This document shows positions 50,510 to 61,160 of a stretch of DNA of 64,000 nucleotides, piece by piece. Made by a program: the position numbers and the translations under genes. Source of the DNA: Bacteroidia bacterium (lineage in GTDB: Bacteria; Bacteroidota; Bacteroidia; AKYH767-A; OLB10). The notes under the pieces were generated by a model that was not told the DNA's origin, did no database searches, and was given only the letters and a program-made list of their open reading frames with translations. The first letter of the stretch is position 1. Every line of letters starts with the position of its first letter. The stretch lies in contig DASUFP010000076.1 of assembly GCA_036274495.1 (NCBI GenBank), positions 8,367-72,366 of the forward strand, in the 5' to 3' direction.

Positions 50510-50860
50510 ATGGGACCGGGATCAATTATTGCCTTAATGCTTGCTGCTGTTGCTTTTTCAGGAATAGCGATACTTGTTTCCAAAGTCATTTTAAAAACCA
50601 CTCACAATACTGCCAAAGGAGAGCCTTACGAGTGCGGCATTCCCACTATAGGTCCCAGCTGGATTCAATTCAGTGTCGGATACTATCTGTTTGCGCTGAT
50701 ATTTCTGATTTTCGATGTTGAACTGATTTTTTTATTTCCATGGGCTGTCGTAGTTAAAAAGCTGGGGTTCGTTGCTTTTGCCGAAATACTTATTTTCATT
50801 ACCATATTATTTATGGGATTTCTATACGCCCACAAGAAAAAAGCCCTCAAATGGATGTGA
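50510..50860 (+). CDS. nuoA: NADH-quinone oxidoreductase subunit A.
   Basis: [12 protein letters not shown]...[16 protein letters not shown]. Confidence 0.85.
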   Translation: MGPGSIIALMLAAVAFSGIAILVSKVILKTTHNTAKGEPYECGIPTIGPSWIQFSVGYYLFALIFLIFDVELIFLFPWAVVVKKLGFVAFAEILIFITILFMGFLYAHKKKALKWM

Positions 50861-51399
50861 ACCCGAAGAAACCCGATCCGTTTCCGGGAGAAGTAATTCA
50901 GACTCCCGGCGGCGGCATTCTGGTGAGTAAAATGGACCAGGTGATTAACTGGGCCCGCAGTAACTCACTCTGGCCGCTGGTGTTCGGCACCAGCTGTTGC
51001 GCTATTGAGATGATGAGTACAGCAGCGGCAAAATACGACTGGTCGCGTTTTGGATTTGAAGTTGCGCGGGCTACGCCCCGGCAGGCAGATGTAATTATTA
51101 TTGCCGGTACAATTGTAAATAAAATGGCGCCTGTATTAAAACGGCTGTACGACCAAATGGCGGAACCCAAATATGTTATTGCCATGGGAGCCTGCGCCAC
51201 CAGCGGAGGTCCGTTTTTTTACAATACCTACTCTGTCGTTAAAGGTGCCGACCATGTCATCCCCGTTGATGTTTACATTGCCGGTTGTCCTCCGCGGCCC
51301 GAGGCGCTTATACATGCTATGATATCGCTTCAGGAAAAAATCCGCAGCGGCATGACACGCGAACAAATTAAAATGCAAAAACCCGAAAACAGTTTTTAA
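50851..51399 (+). CDS. nuoB: NADH-quinone oxidoreductase subunit B.
   Basis: [18 protein letters not shown] and GCPPRPE, the ligands of cluster N2. Confidence 0.9.
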   Translation: MDVNPKKPDPFPGEVIQTPGGGILVSKMDQVINWARSNSLWPLVFGTSCCAIEMMSTAAAKYDWSRFGFEVARATPRQADVIIIAGTIVNKMAPVLKRLYDQMAEPKYVIAMGACATSGGPFFYNTYSVVKGADHVIPVDVYIAGCPPRPEALIHAMISLQEKIRSGMTREQIKMQKPENSF

Positions 51400-51855
51400 A
51401 TGACACGGGAAGAACTGCAGTCACGATTGCCGGAACTGGTCCCCGGCGCCACTTTTGAAGAGGGAGGCGAGTGGCTTAATATGAAGGTGGATGCAAGTGC
51501 CTGGAAAGAATTACCTGCCGCACTTAAATCCACTCCCGGCTTCGATTTCGACTACCTCTTTTGTCTGACATGCGTTGACTGGAAAACACATCTTACCATG
51601 GTTTACCACATGACCTCCACTACACACAGACACCACCTGGTAGTAAAAATACAACTCGACCGCACACAACCCGAAGTTGAAACCGTGTGTCACATTTGGA
51701 GGACAGCGGAATTTCACGAGCGGGAAGTTTTTGAGTTATTCGGCGTAACATTTTTAAATCATCCCGACCTGCGTAATCTGATTCTGCCTGATGTATGGGA
51801 CGGATATCCGTTACGCAAAGATTACGAAGACCCTATAAACATGATCAAGCTGTAA
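51400..51855 (+). CDS. nuoC: NADH-quinone oxidoreductase subunit C (30 kDa), not fused to NuoD.
   Basis: EFHEREVFELFGVTFLNHPDLRNLILPDVWDGYPLRKDY. Confidence 0.85.
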   Translation: MTREELQSRLPELVPGATFEEGGEWLNMKVDASAWKELPAALKSTPGFDFDYLFCLTCVDWKTHLTMVYHMTSTTHRHHLVVKIQLDRTQPEVETVCHIWRTAEFHEREVFELFGVTFLNHPDLRNLILPDVWDGYPLRKDYEDPINMIKL

Positions 51856-51857
51856 CG

Positions 51858-52973
51858 ATGTTCGAAGAAGTAGCCACCACCGAACAGGGAGATCTTGTTA
51901 TCAATATTGGCCCTCAGCATCCCGCTACTCACGGGGTACTCCATCTGCTTATCACGCTCAATGGCGAAACCATCAAAAAAGTGGAACCGCATTTGGGATA
52001 TATCCACCGGTCCATTGAGAAAATGTGTGAAAGCCTCAGCTACCGGCAATTCATATATGTTACCAGCCGAATGGACTACCTGTCGTCACATATCAACAAC
52101 CATGGATGTGCACTGCTGGTAGAAAAAGCCATGCAAATAGAAATCCCCGATCGTGCGCAATACATACGCGTGATTATGGATGAGCTTACCCGACTTGCAT
52201 CACACCAGCTGTGGTGGGGAGCAATGGCAATGGATGTTGGCGCCTTTACCCCTTTCTTCCTTGCTTTTCGCGAACGCGAAATGATCAACGAAATAATGGA
52301 GGAGACCTGCGGCGCACGACTCACCATGAACTATATGGTTCCCGGAGGAGTGATGTTCGATATTCATCCGAATTTTTGTAAAAAGGTAAAAGATTTCATT
52401 GTCCACTTTCGTGCAAAAATTGATGAGTACGACGAATTGCTTACCGGAAATATCATTTTTCAAAACCGGATGAAAGGTATCGGCGTTCTTTCAAAAGAAG
52501 ATGCCATTTCGTTTGGCTGTTCGGGACCAACAGCACGCGCAAGCGGCGTTGAATGCGATATACGCAAGCTTTACCCATACGATGTTTACGATAAAGTAGA
52601 TTTTAAAGAGGTAATAGCCACCGAAGGCGATAGTCTTGCACGATACAAGGTGCGTCTCGTTGAAATGCGTGAATCCATGCGTATCATCGAACAACTCATT
52701 GACGCCATTCCCGAAGGTGACTTCCAGGCAAAGACAAAAGCGGTTCTGAAATTACCCAAAGGAGAGTTTTACTCCCGCGTTGAAACTGCGAGGGGCGAAT
52801 TTGGTGTATATGTCGTCAGCGAAGGCGGCACTACCCCTTACCGTATCAAATTCCGTTCTCCGGGATTCAGCAATCTGTCGGCACTGGACCATATGGTTCG
52901 CGGACAAAAACTTGGTGATATGGTTGCCATTATGGGGACTATTGATTTAGTGATTCCCGATATTGACAGATGA
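51858..52973 (+). CDS. nuoD: NADH-quinone oxidoreductase subunit D (49 kDa). Start set at the Met right after the nuoC stop; the ORF track starts at 51795.
   Basis: NIGPQHPATHGVLHL, plus NuoD-type conservation throughout. Confidence 0.9.
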   Translation: MFEEVATTEQGDLVINIGPQHPATHGVLHLLITLNGETIKKVEPHLGYIHRSIEKMCESLSYRQFIYVTSRMDYLSSHINNHGCALLVEKAMQIEIPDRAQYIRVIMDELTRLASHQLWWGAMAMDVGAFTPFFLAFREREMINEIMEETCGARLTMNYMVPGGVMFDIHPNFCKKVKDFIVHFRAKIDEYDELLTGNIIFQNRMKGIGVLSKEDAISFGCSGPTARASGVECDIRKLYPYDVYDKVDFKEVIATEGDSLARYKVRLVEMRESMRIIEQLIDAIPEGDFQAKTKAVLKLPKGEFYSRVETARGEFGVYVVSEGGTTPYRIKFRSPGFSNLSALDHMVRGQKLGDMVAIMGTIDLVIPDIDR

Positions 52974-53027
52974 TTCAGTAATGAAATGTATAAACGATTT
53001 ACGATATAGCTATTTACTCTTCCTGTA

Positions 53028-54104
53028 ATGTTTTCACTTGAATCGCTTACCAATGCAGTACACGAATGGCTTTATAGCCAGTTCGCTCCCGGGCTGGCGC
53101 TGGTAATGGAATTCGCCATTATAGGAATCCTGATTATTACACTTTTTTCATTGCTCGGGTTGATTTTGATTATGATGGAACGAAGGGTTTCGGCATGGAT
53201 GCAGCTGCGGCTGGGACCTAACAGAGTCGGGCCAAGGGGAATGTTTCAGACAGTAGCCGATACACTGAAGCTGATCGTAAAAGAAGGAATGACACCAGAG
53301 GGTGCCGACAAGTTCCTCTTTAACCTGGCGCCGTTTATTGTAATGATTGTGTCGATGGTAATAATGGCACCATTAATGTTTGCCAAAGGATTTCAAATCT
53401 GGGACATCAACATCGGTGTGTTTTTTATAACGGCTATTTCATCCGTATCCGTAATCGGAATCTTAATGGCCGGGTGGGCATCCAACAATAAATATTCGCT
53501 TCTGGGAGCCATGCGCAGCGGCGCACAAATTGTAAGCTATGAACTGTCGGCAGGGTTGTCGATACTCTCTATTGTGGTGCTTACCGGAAGCATGCAGGTA
53601 TCCGAAATTATAGCGGCACAGGAAACAGGCTGGTGGATTTTTAAAGGACATATTCCGGTACTCATCTCATTTGTAATCTTCCTGATTGCTGTAACAGCCG
53701 AAACCAACCGTGCACCTTTCGATATGGCCGAAGCTGAATCGGAACTCACCGCCGGTTTCCATACCGAATATTCAGGAATGAAGTTCGCACTCTTCTTCCT
53801 TGCCGAATACGTAAATATATTTGTCGTGTGTGCCATCGGTGCCACACTCTTTCTTGGCGGCTGGATGCCATTTCACATTGGCCACTGGGATGCGCTTAAT
53901 CATATCATGAATTTCATCCCGTCGTCCGTCTGGTTCTTCGGGAAAACCTTCTTTCTGATCTTTGTTATCATGTGGTTCCGCTGGACATTTCCGCGGATGC
54001 GTATCGACCAGTTACTGAATCTTGAATGGAAATACCTCTTGCCTATAAGTATGTTCAACCTTATTCTTGTTACACTTGTAGCGATAATGGGCTGGCATTT
54101 CTGA
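53028..54104 (+). CDS. nuoH: NADH-quinone oxidoreductase subunit H.
   Basis: Polytopic membrane protein with RVGPRG, GWASNNKYSLLGAMR and AEYVNIF. Confidence 0.9.
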   Translation: MFSLESLTNAVHEWLYSQFAPGLALVMEFAIIGILIITLFSLLGLILIMMERRVSAWMQLRLGPNRVGPRGMFQTVADTLKLIVKEGMTPEGADKFLFNLAPFIVMIVSMVIMAPLMFAKGFQIWDINIGVFFITAISSVSVIGILMAGWASNNKYSLLGAMRSGAQIVSYELSAGLSILSIVVLTGSMQVSEIIAAQETGWWIFKGHIPVLISFVIFLIAVTAETNRAPFDMAEAESELTAGFHTEYSGMKFALFFLAEYVNIFVVCAIGATLFLGGWMPFHIGHWDALNHIMNFIPSSVWFFGKTFFLIFVIMWFRWTFPRMRIDQLLNLEWKYLLPISMFNLILVTLVAIMGWHF

Positions 54105-54174
54105 ATTTGATGCTATGTAAATTACCAATAGTCTTATTATCCGAAAACTGAAGTTAAGAACTGTTATAAAAAGA

Positions 54175-54654
54175 ATGTACCTCGTAAACTATATCAAAGA
54201 TGTCTACAACGGAGTAGCGTCCCTGCTTAAGGGTATGCGACTCACCGGAAGGTATTTTGTGCATCATAAGCGCGAGGAGATCACAGAACAGTATCCCGAC
54301 AACCGTTCCACTTTACATTTGCCGGAACGATTCAGAGGTGAAGTGGTAATGCTCCACGACGAAAACAATGAACATGCCTGCACGGGATGTACCGCATGTG
54401 AGTTGGCCTGCCCAAACGGCACTATTAAAATCGTCACCAAACAGGAGGTGAATGCCGAGGGGAAAAAGAAAAAAGCCATCGACACATTTGTTTACCACCT
54501 GGAGTTGTGCACCATGTGCAATTTATGTATCGAAGCCTGTCCTACCGCCGCCATAAAAATGGACCAGACATTTGAACACAGTGTTTTTGACAGGAGCCTG
54601 CTTACCAAAAAATTAAACAAACCGGGTTCTAAAATAAGGGAGGGCGTAGAGTAA
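54175..54654 (+). CDS. nuoI: NADH-quinone oxidoreductase subunit I (2x[4Fe-4S] ferredoxin-type).
   Basis: CTGCTACELACP and CTMCNLCIEACP. Confidence 0.9.
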   Translation: MYLVNYIKDVYNGVASLLKGMRLTGRYFVHHKREEITEQYPDNRSTLHLPERFRGEVVMLHDENNEHACTGCTACELACPNGTIKIVTKQEVNAEGKKKKAIDTFVYHLELCTMCNLCIEACPTAAIKMDQTFEHSVFDRSLLTKKLNKPGSKIREGVE

Positions 54655-55169
54655 TGAGTATATCGGCAATAGTATTTTACCTCCTTTCCGCACTCATTCT
54701 CGGTGCGGGACTGCTTGCCGTTACCACCCGTAAAATATTCCGTTCGGCCATTTACCTGCTAGGCTCTCTTGTAGGAATTGCCGGGCTCTATTTCTGGATG
54801 GAGGTAGAATTTATTGCCGCTGTTCAGATAGTAGTATATGTAGGCGGAATTGTAGTACTCATTATTTTTTCCATCTTCCTGACACAGCAATCAGGTCGTA
54901 AAATGCAGCGCACCTCCACCGGCCGGACGGTTGCCGCCCTGCTGGCTTCCGTTTTCGGATTTCTGCTTGCATGCTCACTCATTCATCAGTATGGCTTTTC
55001 GTCGTGCGACAAACCCTTTGACACAAACGTACAGCGTATAGGCACATTAATGCTGAACACAGGCGACGGCGGTTTCGCACTGCCGTTTGAAGTTGTAAGT
55101 ATCCTGCTGCTGGCAGCCATGATCGGCTGTATTGTTATTGCGCTAAAGACAGATACAGAAGAAAAATGA
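54654..55169 (+). CDS. nuoJ: NADH-quinone oxidoreductase subunit J.
   Basis: Membrane protein of the right size and position with a NuoJ-like pattern (VQIVVYVGGIVVL). Confidence 0.8.
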   Translation: MSISAIVFYLLSALILGAGLLAVTTRKIFRSAIYLLGSLVGIAGLYFWMEVEFIAAVQIVVYVGGIVVLIIFSIFLTQQSGRKMQRTSTGRTVAALLASVFGFLLACSLIHQYGFSSCDKPFDTNVQRIGTLMLNTGDGGFALPFEVVSILLLAAMIGCIVIALKTDTEEK

Positions 55170-55480
55170 ACGAGATACCTCTTACACATATTCTCTTTCT
55201 TAGCACCGCGCTCTTTTTTATAGGCATGTACGGTTTATTTACCCGTCGTAACATGATAACCATGCTTATGGCAATTGAGTTGTTGTTAAATAGCGTCAAT
55301 ATAAACTTTGTGGCTTTTAACAAATACCTCTATCCCGATAAAATGGACGGCATCTTCTTCACCATCTTTATCATTACCATTGCCGCGGCCGAAGCAGCTG
55401 TGGCCATCGCCATTATCATTCACCTGTACCGCAATCATAAATCGATCGACATTGAAGATGCTTCAAACCTGAAGTTCTGA
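55166..55480 (+). CDS. nuoK: NADH-quinone oxidoreductase subunit K.
   Basis: MLMAIELLLNSVNINFVAF; about 100 aa with three transmembrane segments. Confidence 0.85.
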   Translation: MNEIPLTHILFLSTALFFIGMYGLFTRRNMITMLMAIELLLNSVNINFVAFNKYLYPDKMDGIFFTIFIITIAAAEAAVAIAIIIHLYRNHKSIDIEDASNLKF

Positions 55481-55488
55481 CAACCCAT

Positions 55489-57414
55489 ATGCAATATCAT
55501 TCCTATATAGCGTTAATACTGCTGATTCCCCTTGCCAGTTTTCTGTTGCTCGGTCTCTTCGGCCGGAAACGCATCGGTGTCGCCAGCGGAATTGTAGGTG
55601 TGCTGGCGCTGACTGCATCTGCCGGATTGTCATTGTACACAGCCTGGCAATACTTTTTTGTTCAGGTACCCGAAGGCGGCATTTACCGGGCAGTTATTCC
55701 GCTTAAATACACTTGGCTTACGTTCTCTCAGAATTTATCCATCGACATGGGCATCCTCCTCGATCCCGTTTCGGTGATGATGCTGGTGGTTGTCACCTTT
55801 GTATCACTCATGGTACATCTGTTCAGCCTGGGATACATGAAAGGCGAGGAGCGATACAGCACCTACTTTGCTTTTTTATCACTCTTTACTTTCTCGATGC
55901 TGGGTCTGGTAGTCTCTACCAACATTTTCCAGATTTATATGTTCTGGGAACTGGTTGGAGTATCATCATATCTGCTCATCGGTTATTATTTCGATAAGCC
56001 ATCGGCGGTTGCCGCATCAAAAAAAGCATTTATCGTTACCCGGTTTGCCGATCTGGGATTTCTCATCGGTATTCTGATGCTTGGAATAGGAACGGGCAGT
56101 CTCGATTTCGGAACCATCATCAGCAGACTCACCGGACCCGGTATGCCTGAATCCGCGGGAATGATAACCACCTCCTTCCTTGGCATTTCTATGTTATCGT
56201 GGGCACTTACGCTTGTATTTATCGGCGGCGCCGGCAAGTCGGCAATGTTTCCGCTGCACATCTGGCTGCCCGATGCCATGGAAGGCCCTACACCGGTTTC
56301 CGCACTTATTCACGCCGCCACAATGGTAGTCGCAGGCGTATACCTTGTTGCCCGGTTGTTTCCTGTCTTCAGCACCGACCCTGCTGTCATGCAACTCATA
56401 ACATGGACCGGAGTTGTTTCTGCAGTATTCGCGGCCGTTATCGCATGTACGCAAACCGATATAAAGCGGGTATTAGCCTATTCTACCATGTCACAAATTG
56501 GTTATATGCTGTTTGCCCTGGGTGTATCAGGCATAACCACCGAAAACAGTACCGGTTACATTGGATCGTTGTTTCATCTGTTCACCCATGCTTTTTTCAA
56601 GTCGCTCCTGTTCCTGTGCGCCGGCGCAGTTATACACATGGTACACAGCAACGAAATGCGCGACATGGGAGGACTCCGTAAGCATATGCCCATCACGCAT
56701 CTTGCCTTTCTTATTGCCTGTCTGGCCATTTCTGGTATTCCTCCATTTGCCGGGTTCTTCAGCAAAGAAGAAATTCTTCTTGCCGCATGGAACAGCAGTA
56801 AACCGGTCTACTACCTGGCCCTCGCCACCTCCGGTGTAACGGCATTTTATATGTTCCGTCTCTACTTCTCCATTTTTCATAACAAGGAAGCACACCTCCA
56901 CGATCATCACGGCGAAGGAACCCTTTCGATGAAACTGCCACTGGTGCTGTTAGGTATATTAAGTGTTATTGGCGGGCTGTTCCCCTTTGCATCTTACATC
57001 ACCCCTACCGGCATACCTTCTCACTCCGAAATGCACCTTTCCTTTTCCATTGCTCCTGTGCTGTTTGGTATTACCGGAATTGTTACTGCCTATATTCTTT
57101 ATTTCCGTGCATCCGATAAGTCTGATCAAATCAGCGCTTCTTTCGGAATACTCTACCGGTCGGAGTACCGTAAATTTTACATTGACGAAGTATACCTCTT
57201 TGTAACCAAAAAAATCCTGTTTAAAAAAATCGGCAAACCTGCCGCCTGGACCGACAAACATATTGTTGATGGCGCGGTTAACACTTCCGGCAACATGACC
57301 CTGCTGGTATCGGAACTTATCCGCGGGTTTCAATCGGGAAAAGTTCAATCCTATGCCATCTATTTTATTGCCGGCATTATTACACTCACTGTCTATCTGC
57401 TTTATTTCTGGTAA
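55489..57414 (+). CDS. nuoL: NADH-quinone oxidoreductase subunit L.
   Basis: 641-aa antiporter-like subunit with WLPDAMEGPTPVSALIHAATMV. Confidence 0.9.
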   Translation: MQYHSYIALILLIPLASFLLLGLFGRKRIGVASGIVGVLALTASAGLSLYTAWQYFFVQVPEGGIYRAVIPLKYTWLTFSQNLSIDMGILLDPVSVMMLVVVTFVSLMVHLFSLGYMKGEERYSTYFAFLSLFTFSMLGLVVSTNIFQIYMFWELVGVSSYLLIGYYFDKPSAVAASKKAFIVTRFADLGFLIGILMLGIGTGSLDFGTIISRLTGPGMPESAGMITTSFLGISMLSWALTLVFIGGAGKSAMFPLHIWLPDAMEGPTPVSALIHAATMVVAGVYLVARLFPVFSTDPAVMQLITWTGVVSAVFAAVIACTQTDIKRVLAYSTMSQIGYMLFALGVSGITTENSTGYIGSLFHLFTHAFFKSLLFLCAGAVIHMVHSNEMRDMGGLRKHMPITHLAFLIACLAISGIPPFAGFFSKEEILLAAWNSSKPVYYLALATSGVTAFYMFRLYFSIFHNKEAHLHDHHGEGTLSMKLPLVLLGILSVIGGLFPFASYITPTGIPSHSEMHLSFSIAPVLFGITGIVTAYILYFRASDKSDQISASFGILYRSEYRKFYIDEVYLFVTKKILFKKIGKPAAWTDKHIVDGAVNTSGNMTLLVSELIRGFQSGKVQSYAIYFIAGIITLTVYLLYFW

Positions 57415-57421
57415 CTGAACT

Positions 57422-58903
57422 ATGAACCTGAACCTGCTTTTACTAATCCCGCTAGTATCATCCGTTGGTGTTTTATGCACAAACGGCTTAAAGCAGGTTC
57501 GTGCAATAGCATTAACGGGTGCTGCGGTTCAACTGGCTTTGTCACTTTTTCTGCTGTATTGTTTTAATGCGGCTCGCATGGAGGGCAACTCCGATCTTAT
57601 GCTGTTTGTTGCCGATTACAATTGGTTTCCGTCCCTTAACATACACTACCAGATAGGTGTCGACGGCATTTCTGTGGCCATGATTTTACTTACTGCGTTT
57701 GTTGTACTCGCAGGCGTACTTGTTTCGTGGAGAGAAGACCGGATGAGCAAGGAGTTTTTCTTTTTACTTCTCTTTCTGAGCCTGGGAGCATACGGGTTTT
57801 TTATTTCCATGGATTTATTTACACTGTTTTTCTTTCTCGAAGTGGCCGTCATTCCAAAATTCCTCCTGATAGGCATCTGGGGCAGCGGTAAAAAAGAATA
57901 CAGCGCAATGAAGCTGGCGCTGATGCTGATGGGCGGATCGGCACTTGTATTTGTAGGACTTACCGGCATTTATATGAACAGCGGAAGTGCAACGGGAATG
58001 CATACCTTCAGCATTGCCGAAATCGCGGCACAACATCTGCCGGATTACGTTCAGCAATTCTTTTTCCCGTTTGCCTTTGCGGGATTCGGGATATTTACCG
58101 CATTATTTCCGTTTCATACCTGGGTACCTGATGGTCACTCCTCTGCACCAACTGCCGCCTCCATGTTCCTGGCCGGCATTTCGATGAAACTGGGCGGATA
58201 TGGCTGTTTGCGCGTTGCCGTAACTCTCATGCCCGATGCCGCCGCACATTATTCATCCATTATTATTGTGCTTGCCACCATTGCCATTATTTACGGTGCA
58301 TTTGCCACAATGATGCAAACCGATCTCAAATACATTAACGCATATTCGTCAATAAGTCATTGCGGATTTGTGTTGCTTGGCATCGGAATGCTCACACAAA
58401 CAGCTGTCAAGGGAGCAGTACTGCAAATGGTTTCACACGGACTCATGACAGCACTCTTCTTTGCCGCCATCGGCATGATTTATACACGCACCCACACCCG
58501 TGAAGTCAAATTGCTTGGCGGACTCCTCAAAGTGATTCCCTTTATTGCGTCTGTATTTGTGATTGCGGGACTCTGTTCTCTCGGACTCCCGGGCTTCAGT
58601 GGCTTTGTTGCCGAAATGACTGTCTTTATCGGTTCATGGGAACATGCCGATGCCTTTTACCGCATTGCAACCATACTGGCCTGCGCTTCAATAGTTGTAA
58701 CGGCCGTGTATATATTACGTGCTGTCGGAAAAGTGATTATGGGACCGCTTACCGATACCCAACACCTTCCTTTCGGCGATGCCACCTGGAATGAAAAGGC
58801 CGCCGCGGTGCTGCTGGTTGCCGGTATTGTCGCCATGGGAGTGGCTCCATTCTGGCTGAATGATCTTGTTGCCCCCGGCGCAGCACTTATAGTCGGGAAA
58901 TGA
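57422..58903 (+). CDS. nuoM: NADH-quinone oxidoreductase subunit M.
   Basis: 493-aa antiporter-like subunit with HTWVPDGHSSAPTAASMFLAG. Confidence 0.9.
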   Translation: MNLNLLLLIPLVSSVGVLCTNGLKQVRAIALTGAAVQLALSLFLLYCFNAARMEGNSDLMLFVADYNWFPSLNIHYQIGVDGISVAMILLTAFVVLAGVLVSWREDRMSKEFFFLLLFLSLGAYGFFISMDLFTLFFFLEVAVIPKFLLIGIWGSGKKEYSAMKLALMLMGGSALVFVGLTGIYMNSGSATGMHTFSIAEIAAQHLPDYVQQFFFPFAFAGFGIFTALFPFHTWVPDGHSSAPTAASMFLAGISMKLGGYGCLRVAVTLMPDAAAHYSSIIIVLATIAIIYGAFATMMQTDLKYINAYSSISHCGFVLLGIGMLTQTAVKGAVLQMVSHGLMTALFFAAIGMIYTRTHTREVKLLGGLLKVIPFIASVFVIAGLCSLGLPGFSGFVAEMTVFIGSWEHADAFYRIATILACASIVVTAVYILRAVGKVIMGPLTDTQHLPFGDATWNEKAAAVLLVAGIVAMGVAPFWLNDLVAPGAALIVGK

Positions 58904-59005
58904 ATTGATGATTGTACTTATGATGTTCAGCAATTTAAATAAAAACCATTATCGTGACAGCAATGCCGAAAGTTACGGCATACTGCACGGATATTCCTCT
59001 GACAG

Positions 59006-60460
59006 TTGCGGCACCTATTACCATATAAAATGAGTTTCGACAATTTGATAATAATGAAGAGTGAATTGCTGCTACTGGCGGTACTGTTCATTATTCTTTT
59101 TATGAAAATACTGGAGAAACCGGATGTTTCCGGCACAACTACCGACCATTCCGGTTTTTTAAATGTGGTCAACTGTTTACTGTTACTGAATTTTATTGCC
59201 GGGTGGTTTATGAACGGAGAGGGCAGGTTGTTTGGCGACATGTTTCACAGTTCACCTCTTTTACATTTCGAAAAGAATGTGCTGAACCTCGGAACGTTAA
59301 TCATTTCACTCCAGGCCACCGAATGGCTCCGACACCACAAGCATGTATATGAATTTTACATGTTGTTGCTTTCCACGTTGCTGGGTATGTTCTTTATGAT
59401 TTCTACCGACAACCTGATGATGTTTTATCTGGGTTTGGAACTGTCGACCATACCCCTTGCGGCCCTCGCTAATTTTGATCTTGACAAAAAGAGATCTTCC
59501 GAAGCCGCAATGAAGATGATTATGCTTTCAGCATTTTCATCGGGCGTACTGCTGTTTGGTATTTCGATGCTCTACGGTACAACGGGAACCATGAGCCTGT
59601 ATGAACTCCCCTTTCTGCTCGATGGCAGCGGACTTCAATTGTTTGCTCTTGTCACCATTTTCGCGGGATTCGGATTCAAAATATCGGCTGTTCCGTTTCA
59701 TCTGTGGACGGCAGATGTATACGAGGGGGCACCCGCATCGGTAACCGCTTACCTGTCGGTAATCTCCAAAGGCGCCATACTCTTTGTGATGTTGCCGGTA
59801 ATTTACAACGCCTTTCAACCTCTTCACGCCTACAGTTACCGCATACTGGTATTGTTAGCCATCGCCACAATGGTGGTAGGTAATTTGTTTGCCCTGCGCC
59901 AAACCAATCTCAAACGACTTCTTGCTTTTTCGTCCATTGCACAAATTGGTTTTATCCTTGTCGGGATGAGCGGACAGTCGGTAGAGGGCAGTGTTTCTGT
60001 TATTTACTTTGTTCTTATCTACCTCTTCTCCAATTTGGGAGCGTTTGGTGTTATCACCTTAGTAAGTGCGCTCACCGGCAAAGAATCGATTGCCGATTAC
60101 AAAGGCTTTCATTCCACCAACCCCGGACTCAGCTGGGTGCTGGCCATTGCGTTGTTTTCACTCGCAGGAATTCCTCCGGTCGCGGGATTCTTCGGGAAAT
60201 TCTTCTTACTGTTTTCGGGAGCAGGACAGTCAAACTACACATTGGTAATTATTGCCGCATTAAACATGATTGTTTCACTTTATTATTATTTAAAAGTGAT
60301 TAAGGCGCTCTTTATGGATAAGGGTGATGCTCCCATACCACCATTACAGGTAAGTTTGTTTCCGAAAGCGGCTTTAACATTGTGTATAATAGGTATGCTG
60401 ACTGCAGGTTTATACGGCGATGTATACGGATACATCTACAACTTAATTGCTCTGCGATAA
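59006..60460 (+). CDS. nuoN: NADH-quinone oxidoreductase subunit N.
   Basis: Antiporter-like subunit with FHLWTADVYEGAPASVTAY. An internal Met could be the true start. Confidence 0.85.
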   Translation: MRHLLPYKMSFDNLIIMKSELLLLAVLFIILFMKILEKPDVSGTTTDHSGFLNVVNCLLLLNFIAGWFMNGEGRLFGDMFHSSPLLHFEKNVLNLGTLIISLQATEWLRHHKHVYEFYMLLLSTLLGMFFMISTDNLMMFYLGLELSTIPLAALANFDLDKKRSSEAAMKMIMLSAFSSGVLLFGISMLYGTTGTMSLYELPFLLDGSGLQLFALVTIFAGFGFKISAVPFHLWTADVYEGAPASVTAYLSVISKGAILFVMLPVIYNAFQPLHAYSYRILVLLAIATMVVGNLFALRQTNLKRLLAFSSIAQIGFILVGMSGQSVEGSVSVIYFVLIYLFSNLGAFGVITLVSALTGKESIADYKGFHSTNPGLSWVLAIALFSLAGIPPVAGFFGKFFLLFSGAGQSNYTLVIIAALNMIVSLYYYLKVIKALFMDKGDAPIPPLQVSLFPKAALTLCIIGMLTAGLYGDVYGYIYNLIALR

Positions 60461-60829
60461 ATGGCCATAAACAAAAATCATCTTTTTGAGGATCTTGAGG
60501 GTGTAAAGTGCGCCATCGTTGAATCGGGTGTTTCAGAAACTCGTAAAGATTTTTTAAAGTCGTTGCTCGAGACAAACGGATACAAGGTAGTGGTAAGTGC
60601 CGAAATCCCGAAAACCGCTGCACCGCCTGCCGATACAGAAACTCCTCAAACACCTGCGCCGTCAACCTACAAAATAGGCGTTACGGATGTGTCGTTCAAT
60701 TCCACCAATGCTATTTTCGGACGGTTGCTGAAAACCAAAAACGGGAAAGTGGTTACCATGGCTTACTGGCAGCAAAAAGAAGCTGTATCGCACGACGATG
60801 TTCCCTATTTTGAAAGCGGGAACAACTGA
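60461..60829 (+). CDS. Hypothetical protein (122 aa) whose ATG directly abuts the nuoN stop codon.
   Basis: ORF track. The stop/start junction TAAATG points to co-transcription with the nuo operon. No recognisable motif. Confidence 0.4.
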   Translation: MAINKNHLFEDLEGVKCAIVESGVSETRKDFLKSLLETNGYKVVVSAEIPKTAAPPADTETPQTPAPSTYKIGVTDVSFNSTNAIFGRLLKTKNGKVVTMAYWQQKEAVSHDDVPYFESGNN

Positions 60830-61160
60830 CCAGCCCTTTTTTGTACTGTTTAAACTTTTAGTGTTATGCTCCTTCGGGAGCATGCTGTATTTTATACCTA
60901 CTACCCCTCCCAGCCCGGGGGCCCTCCGGGCCCCCACCCGCAGTAAAGTTATAGGGAATGGAAATACGAAAAGCATCGTAAACGTTTACAAACGGTTCGT
61001 TTTGAACCATCACCAAAACGTTTAACCCCGCCCTAACCTGCTGTTTTTTTTATCCGGCAATGGAATCCCTCCCCTTCTTTTTCATATTAATAATCAGATG
61101 CCCATTCTATACTTTCCCCCTTATTCCCCTTCCTATTCACTAACTTTGACGCCACTTTTT

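Noticed and set aside
51795-51857. The 21-codon N-terminal extension of nuoD given in the ORF track, overlapping nuoC
   Set aside because: The Met at 51858 directly follows the nuoC stop and begins the conserved MFEEV...GPQHP N-terminus. The extension is an artefact of choosing the longest ORF.
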